A stretch of DNA of 64,000 nt from Eledone cirrhosa (taxonomy: Eukaryota). The notes below the pieces were generated by a model, which was not told the DNA's origin, made no database searches, and worked only from the letters and a program-made list of their open reading frames with translations. The DNA lies in assembly GCA_964016885.1 (NCBI GenBank), contig OZ024757.1, forward strand, positions 34,038,001 to 34,102,000, read 5' to 3'. Both the position numbers and the translations under genes were made by a program. Of this stretch, positions 57,015 through 64,000 are shown piece after piece; the stretch's first letter is position 1, and every line of letters starts with the position of its first letter.

Positions 57015-57635
57015 AGGTTTAGTGGTTTGGTGGTTGGTCTATATATTGGTTTGTAGGTTTGGTGGTTGTAGGTTTAGTGGTGGTTTGGTGATGGTTAAAT
57101 GGCTGTAGGTTTGGTGGTAGTTTGGTGATGGTGGTTTGGTGATGGTATAGTGGTGGTTAAATGGTTGTAGGTTTGGTGATGGTTTAGTGGTGGTTAAATG
57201 GTTGTAGGTTTGGTGGTTGTTTGGTGAAGGTTTAATGGTAGTTAAATGGTTGTAGGTTTGGTGGTGGTTTGGTGATGGTTTAGTGGTAGTTAAATGATTG
57301 TAGGTTTGGTGGTGGTTTGATGATGGTTTAGTGGTAGTTAAATGGTTGTAGGTTTGGTGGTTGTTTGGTGAAGGTTTAATGGTAGTTAAATGGTTGTAGG
57401 TTTGGTGGTGGTTTGGTGATAGTTTAGTGGTAGTTAAATGGTTATAGATTTGGTGATGGTTTAGTGGTAGTTAAATGGTTGTAGGTTTAGTGGTGGTTAA
57501 ATGGTTGTAGGTTTGGTGGTGGTTTAGTGGTGGTTAAATGGTTGTAGGTTTGGTAGTTTATAGAATTGTAGATTTGGTGGTGGTTTGGTGTTTGTAGGTT
57601 TGGTGGTTGGTTTGGTGTTTGGGTGATTTGTTGGT
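57015..57635. repeat. G/T-rich degenerate minisatellite (tggtagttaaatggttgtaggtttggtgg)
   Basis: Direct inspection. Confidence 0.9.
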
Positions 57636-57943
57636 TTGTTAACAGAGATAAGAACAATGTGACCAGCAACACAATGTCATGACATATTTCAGCTATCATG
57701 CACAATATCACACACACATACACTCATGCACAAACACACACACTCAAGTGCACATACACACTGAGACATGCATTTCTGCAGTTGCATGCAATAATACAGG
57801 TATCTGTGCATGATTTTTCACCCAGGTTTGTTTTCTTCACTTCCTTTTTTTTTTATGTCTCTCTGTAGTTTTGAGTCCATAGAAAAACTGATGACAATTT
57901 ATCTACATCACAGACGTGCTCATTATAATCCCTTTTTACTACG

Positions 57944-58438
57944 CAGAGTCACAACACAAAATGTGTTCCATATAAGCTCCTCTTTTACCATGTAGAGTCA
58001 CAACACAAAATGTGTTCAGTAAAATCTCTCTTTATCACGTAGAATCACAACACAAGATGTGTTTGGTATAAGCTCCTTCTTTGCTACATAGAGTCACAAC
58101 ACCAGATGTGTTAGGTATAATCTCTTTTTACCATGTAGAGTCACAACACCAGATGTGTTAGGTATAATCTCGTTTTACCATGTAGAGTCACAACACCAGA
58201 TGTGTTAGGTATAATCTCTTTTTACCATGTAGAGTCACAACACCAGATGTGTTAGGTATAATCTCTTTCTTTTTACCATGTAGAGTCACAACACCAGATG
58301 TGTTTGGTATAATCTCTTTTTACCATGTAGAGTCACAACACAAAATGTGTTAGGTATAATCTATTTTTACCATGTAGAGTAACAACATGAGATGTGTTTG
58401 GTATAAGTTCCTCGTTTGCCACAAAGAATCACAACACA
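57944..58438. repeat. ~47-bp minisatellite, ~11 copies, forming the proximal CASD1 3'UTR
   Basis: Unit tagagtcacaacaccagatgtgttaggtataatctctttttaccatg. The last copy overlaps the CASD1 stop codon. Confidence 0.93.
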
Positions 58439-58686
58439 AGAGCCCCTTCACTGATTGAAACAGGCAGTAGAATGGCAACAAAGAGAACCACATTACGTAG
58501 TAACAACTTCCAGTCACTGGGTACGGCATACTTCACCAGACCTGTGGTGATACAATGAATTTCATGACAGATGCAGACCAGTATGTATGAAGTGATGACC
58601 ACATTAAGGACCGGGTAACCAGGAACTAGGACCAAAATACCATGAGTATCCGATGCCAACCAGATATGGTACTGAGCAATGAACAA
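58429..58686 (-). CDS. CASD1: CASD1 terminal coding exon ([43 protein letters not shown]...GALVL*)
   Basis: tttcctattccAG acceptor. QYHIWLAxDTxGILVLxPG motif. TGA at 58429-58431. Confidence 0.95.
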   Translation of the reverse strand: MFIAQYHIWLASDTHGILVLVPGYPVLNVVITSYILVCICHEIHCITTGLVKYAVPSDWKLLLRNVVLFVAILLPVSISEGALVL

Positions 58687-59978
58687 CTGGAATAGGAAAA
58701 AAGAAAGAAAAAATATTTTTAAAAAATGTAAAATTTGATGAAGAACAATGGAGAAAATTATATAATTTACTTTTACTGAATTAACCCTTTAGCAATTACA
58801 TTACACTATATATACTATTGTATTTTCAAGGTAAAGGCTTTAATTCACATAATTATCTCACATAACATTTACATTACACTATATATACTATTTTATTTTC
58901 ATGGTAAAGGTTTTACCTCACATTAATTTCATGAGCAGGCTGTTCCATTGATCAGATCAACTGGAACACTGGTCATCGTAACCGACGGAGTGTCAGTGTT
59001 AGTTATATTCTCTCAATATTGGGTGAACTGTCAAACATAGCAACACACAAGATGAAGCACTTTATAGTTTGATATCTCAGGATTTAGTGTTTAAACTTTA
59101 ACTACCCAATCCAATCCAAGGCCTTCTCACCCCTGTTTGAGGAACCCCTCCCTGGTTGACCTCCACCATTTTCTCTTTGGCTTTGGTCATGTCAGGGGTG
59201 TAGTCATACTCACCATGCTAGGCCAATTATGGGTTGGTGAGGCTATTTAACCCATAGTTGTGGTGGATGGCCATTGACTCTAAGGAGTTGATCCACCCTT
59301 TTAACAGCTTTTTGTTTTTTGTGCTGCTGGGGTTCCACTTACTGGTATAATTGCTGATCACTCGACAATGAAGCTATGAGAATGAAAAATTAAATGAAAT
59401 TTACACCTCACACCTATGCAGGCATGGCTGGTCTCCTACTAAGTTCCATCTTGCAGGGGGGTTTTGGTGGGGTTTAATGATTTTTTATTGGCATGTGTTA
59501 TTACAGCTCTCACCTATGTAAGTTTAACTGACCACCAAGATTATTTTTCATAGAAGGTTTCATGTGGGTTGTAATGGTAGAGGCTCCTCACCATATCATG
59601 TTGCTGTTACAGCTCACACCTATGCAAGTTTAGCGGGCCTTTTTAAAAATTGCATCTCGTAAGAGGTTTTTTTTGGAGTGTTTTAATGATAGGGGTCCAA
59701 GACCTATGATATCGTTGTTACAGCTTACACCTAGGGTATCCAGCTGTAGAAACCATGCTGCCAGTACATGCTGTATAGTGGTTGGCATTAGGAAGGGCAA
59801 CCGGTTGTAGAAATTAAGCCCAAGATGGAGAATACAAGCAAAACATGATCACTTGACCTGTCTAACCTCATTACATGACAGCCCATCTAACCTGTGCAAG
59901 CATGGAACATATACGTTAAACAGTGATGATAATGGTGATAATAATGATGATGAAACAATTTAATTTAATATTACTCAC

Positions 59979-60071
59979 CTCTAATGATATTTTCCCAAAC
60001 CAAGCAAAGAATGTGCTGTATTTTGTCCGAAGCCATCCAGGAACATTCCGTAGTATGATATAAGAAATAAT
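59979..60071 (-). CDS. CASD1: CASD1 exon ([31 protein letters not shown])
   Basis: tttttcctcAG acceptor, GTGAGT donor, 93 nt, phase 0. RNxPG...[11 protein letters not shown] motif. Confidence 0.95.
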
Positions 60072-61076
60072 CTGAGGAAAAAAAAATTAATATCTGAAGA
60101 ACCAATGTCTAAATACAAACTTTAATTATATAATATAATATGGTCTAGTAGTCAGGTTATTTTCGAGTGCTACTGGTAGCATGTAACCCAGTACAACCTG
60201 TCACCTGGACAGGTCATTGGCAACTAAACTGGTAATCCCACCAAGCTTGGACACCCTGCGAGATGGAAAATAAAACCCATCAAAGGGCGGAGGAACTCAG
60301 AATAGACAATGGCCATCCTATAGCGTGTATAAAAAAAAGAAAGTAAAACAGGTAGACATAGCTCATTAGCCTTGGTTGGCTGGCTGTCTAGGAAAAGGAT
60401 CACTCTGATTCCAAAACATTCTAACCACATGTTCATAGTATCAGAGCTGTAATTTCTCTCAATTTGGAGAAGTAGTGGCTCTAACTAGAGTGACTTTCTG
60501 ATCTCCAAGCTACACACTCTATCAAGTAACATTACTACAAAGACCTTTTGGAGGAACCCTATTTTGGCCGCTTAAATTTGCGCTCATACAGTGCAAATCT
60601 ATATGTAAAATATGTATATCTCACGAAACAATGTTGTACAGTGCAACTTCTTCTTGAGTCATCCCTCTTTTGAAGGTGAAGCATTCATTTTGCTTTTCCT
60701 AATGGCTAGAATATATGTGGTTCCCCACACCTGAATACTTGTAGATTTCTCTGCTGACTGGAACAGTTGTGCCAACCCATTGTCAAATTAATAGTTTATG
60801 ATCTACAAAGCCACTGGTGTTCATGAAGCCAAGGTGATCTAATTAAAATGATGATCATCAAACGAGCTATTGCTTACTATGAGACAAGCAGGATTTTTAT
60901 CGAGGCTTACTCCTCTAGACTTGACCTGTTGTATCTCTGGTACAGTGTAAAGCCGCATGTAAAATATGTTTATCTAAAGAAACAATGTCTAAACACAAAC
61001 TAGAAATAAAATAGAATACCAATCATTTAGAATAACTGACAAGAGAGAAAATAAATTGTGTTTGAAGACAACTTAC

Positions 61077-61154
61077 AGGTAAAAATGTTAAGTAGGAGTG
61101 CACATCATTACAGTGTGGCTTTGTACGACACACACAGGCAAACACTGTATAGCC
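61077..61154 (-). CDS. CASD1: CASD1 exon (GYTVFACVCRTKPHCNDVHSYLTFLP)
   Basis: tatacAG acceptor, GTAAGT donor, 78 nt, phase 0. CxxKxxCNxxH motif of CASD1. Confidence 0.92.
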
Positions 61155-61289
61155 CTGTATAATAATAATAATAATAATAATAAGTATAATAGCAATAATA
61201 ATAATTTCTTTATTAACCACAAGGGTTTACATAAAGGAAAACATTAAGGATGGTACAGGATGGTACAAATATTAATTTTTGTGTATATA

Positions 61290-62250
61290 AAAGGAAACAC
61301 ACAAACAATAACAAATTCCCCAGTAGAGGGGAAACCACAAAGGGCTACACGTGGAGAAAACCCACAAAAGCCAGGGTCACCCTGACCGCTAGAGCAAGCT
61401 CCCTCTCCCAGTTGGCCTCCCTCAATACTACAGGTACAGGATCAGGGTAGGCCCATTCATATAGGCCATTCTTGCTTCTCTCATCCACCTTTCAACAAAT
61501 TGGCTGGAAAGCAGCACTTAACTCTCCACCCTGACTTTCATTTTCAGGTGAAACCTGAAAAAGTCAATGAGAGTGTCGCCAAAGAGGAGCGTGCCTATCT
61601 TCAACCCTTTCAGATGTGTCCACCATATGCCCTCTTTCACCATGGCAACCAGGCAGATAAAACTGCCTGCCCTTCCTGGTTAAAGGAGGGCAGCGGGGCA
61701 ATCTTCATGATGGACTCAGCTGTTAGCTGGATCTGTCCTACATGCGACAGCAAATATTCAACATAAATCCACAAGTCAGCGATACTCAGACACTGAACAA
61801 GTGGGTGCAGGATCCTCTATAGAAAGCTAAGGTGGAGTTTCCACTGATCATAATGCCCAATTGGCAAAGGGCAGTGAGCGCTTGGAGACATTCCAGTAGC
61901 CAAGCGCTCCCACTTGATCTCCACTTGACCCAGGATTGCAGCTCAGTCAAAGAGATGAGCTGGGGACAAACATGCCTAGCGAAAGGTGACCACACTGTCT
62001 AGGAAAATCTGGAAATGTCAAAGCCTCAGCATGTGTCTGCGCAACATCAGCCACAGCATGCCCAATCCTCCACGTAGCAGGTGTTGACAACCGATGGACC
62101 GCCTGACCATCAAAGTGAATCCCTTCCACAAAAAGCGAAAGAGCAAATGCTCCAGTGCTGTCAGACGAGGCTTAGGCCATGGCACGATGGTGAGGCGATA
62201 GTAGATGACAGATACAATGTATACGTTCGCCTCCTTGATAATTAATTTCA
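61290..62250 (-). mobile_element. Tx1-clade LINE decayed 3' fragment in a CASD1 intron
   Basis: IVSVIYYRL...LFRFLWKG...VRRSI...GGLG and downstream ORF2-like residues. Confidence 0.75.
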
Positions 62251-62503
62251 AAATTAATAGGCAGTCTTGACGGCCAGGACCAAGAGATCAACGACATGTT
62301 ACAGAACATGATTTCTACTGTTTTCTTAGATGAACTTAAACTGTACCTATTATATATACAATATCTCTATACACAGACACATACTTGTACACAAACATAT
62401 ACAAACAAGTATTTGTCTTTGTCTTAGTCTCTTTCCTTAGAAATATAGATATTATTAAGAAAAGGCTTAAAAAACAATGAAAAGCAATATCAGCAATACT
62501 TAC

Positions 62504-62644
62504 AGTGATACCAAGTATAGAAAATATACAGAGAAACCAGGAGGCTCCTTTTGAGAAGAGTGCGTCTCGTGTTGTGTCATCAATTATTCGGTATTTTATT
62601 AATAACTGGTAACCAAAAGCAAACAACATGCCATACAGGGTACT
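62504..62644 (-). CDS. CASD1: CASD1 exon (STLYGMLFAFGYQLLIKYRIIDDTTRDALFSKGASWFLCIFSILGIT)
   Basis: ccattttcAG acceptor, GTAAGT donor, 141 nt, phase 0. GMLFAF motif. Confidence 0.92.
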
Positions 62645-62908
62645 CTGAAAATGGAACAAAAAACACATTTTTACAGAACATTTGGGTCACAAAGATTATT
62701 TCTATAGATTTCATATTATATATATATATAGTAATAATAATAAATTTGAAGACTAAAATCCAAAGAGAGCTCGATAAGGATAAATATATATCAGATATAT
62801 AAGAACCGTAGAGCAAATATTTATTAAAATAACAGATTTTTAGTTTCAGAAGATCCCATTAAGGGTGAAAGCAGCGATTCTTTGCTTATACTTTAATCTG
62901 TTATTTTA

Positions 62909-62943
<35 letters not shown>

Positions 62944-62945
62944 TA

Positions 62946-62983
62946 TGAGCTGAGGATCCGCTAAGGTGAAACAATTGTTCTTG
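62946..62983 (+). ncRNA. Candidate minimal type I hammerhead ribozyme motif (Penelope-like element relic)
   Basis: CUGAGGA, U-CC-GCUAA-GG-U, GAAA, C-AAUU-G, UU, with 4-bp stem I (UGAG/CUUG). Confidence 0.45.
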
Positions 62984-63384
62984 GTATCTAACTGTTGTGT
63001 AACCACTTCTATATATATATATATTGTGAGATGGAGGTCATGTATGTTATGATATAAAAATCATATGTTGTTTTGTAAGATGAAGCCAGCACTCAAACTT
63101 TTGCCAGGGATCTCCAAGAAAATATGTTGGTTGATATATTAGTTCCTGTTTCCTTTTCAAAAAGAAACATCATATATTTGCTCAATCTGAGCTAATTTTT
63201 GTAAGTTGAAACATCTTTGATCATAGGTCTGCTCCATCTGAGCTGACGTTTGATCATAGATTTATTCTATTTGAGTTCATCTGTGGGCTAAAAATACTTT
63301 GAGCAATGGTTGAATGAAATGGAAAATTACAGAGGATTGTCTATTCTTTTAAAACTAGTGAATCACTGAGAGAGAAATACTCAC

Positions 63385-63489
63385 ATATCTATCTAACTGC
63401 CACCGGAACCTCCATTCTCGTATAGAGTCATCAGAGGTCACAAATAAAGCTTTAAAAGGTCGCGACAGAAACACTTTTTCAAAAAAGAC
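63385..63489 (-). CDS. CASD1: CASD1 exon (VFFEKVFLSRPFKALFVTSDDSIREWRFRWQLDRY)
   Basis: Canonical AG/GT on -, 105 nt, phase 0. EWxFRWxLDRY motif of the Cas1_AcylT family, recognised from memory of animal CASD1. Confidence 0.93.
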
Positions 63490-64000
63490 CTGTAAGATTA
63501 AAAAACAAAAAACAACAACATTAGGACACAATTTCTGGTAAATTATATAAGCTAATTATATTGCCTTTCATCCTTACGGGGTCGATAAAATAAAGTACCA
63601 GTAATGCACTGGGTAATTGCTGGCCTTGTGTCTAAAGTAGAAACAATTATATAAGCTAAGTGGAAAAATGGGTTTTATCTCTCATTCAAGGGGCCAGCTC
63701 TGTCACACATTGAATCTCCCTGAATATGTCTGTGGAATGCTCAGTCACTTACACATTATTTGCATGAACAAGCTGTTCCATTTATTGAATCAACTGGAAC
63801 CCTCATCTTTGGAAATGACAGTGGTCCAACAACAATACCATATTTCTAATGAAAGACACTGTTAATGTGTTTCTACTAATTTTGAAAATATAAAAAAAAT
63901 TGGAGAAATTTAGTTAAATATATATCTTTCTCATTAGTAAGCTTATGTTTGGGATATTATTTAACAAATATTTCTTACATAAAACTATATTCAAAGTTTT

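Noticed and set aside
32425-58438. Regularly spaced repeats (32.4, 40.2 and 57.9 kb) as CRISPR arrays
   Set aside because: Units are contiguous with no unique spacers, there are no cas genes, and the context is eukaryotic.

Overview
This is eukaryotic, very AT-rich, repeat-dense DNA. The SINE/LINE repertoire and multi-kb (TA)n-type microsatellites point to an octopod cephalopod (inference). It holds the 3' ends of two convergent spliced genes. On +, three phase-compatible exons (1101-1203, 3635-3761, 4475-4688) encode the C-terminus of a protein I cannot name. On -, five exons (63489 to 58429) encode the C-terminal membrane region of CASD1 (sialate O-acetyltransferase family). Between them lie ~54 kb with no recognisable host coding exon. 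That interval contains blocks of 3'UTR-like unique sequence, tRNA-derived SINEs (about 27 copies of the main family across the window, nearly all +), decayed LINE fragments (RTE, CR1-like, Tx1, CRE-like, Dong/R4), MITEs, ~9 kb of giant microsatellite and many minisatellites. Nearly all long ORFs in the track are repeat artefacts. I found no clear-cut novel system. The best leads are a nested SINE-MITE-SINE fold-back, an intronic array of SINE A-boxes, a Penelope-type minimal hammerhead motif, a CASD1 3'UTR built from copies of its own stop-codon region, and a possible very long 3'UTR. Repeat boundaries were read by eye and are approximate.
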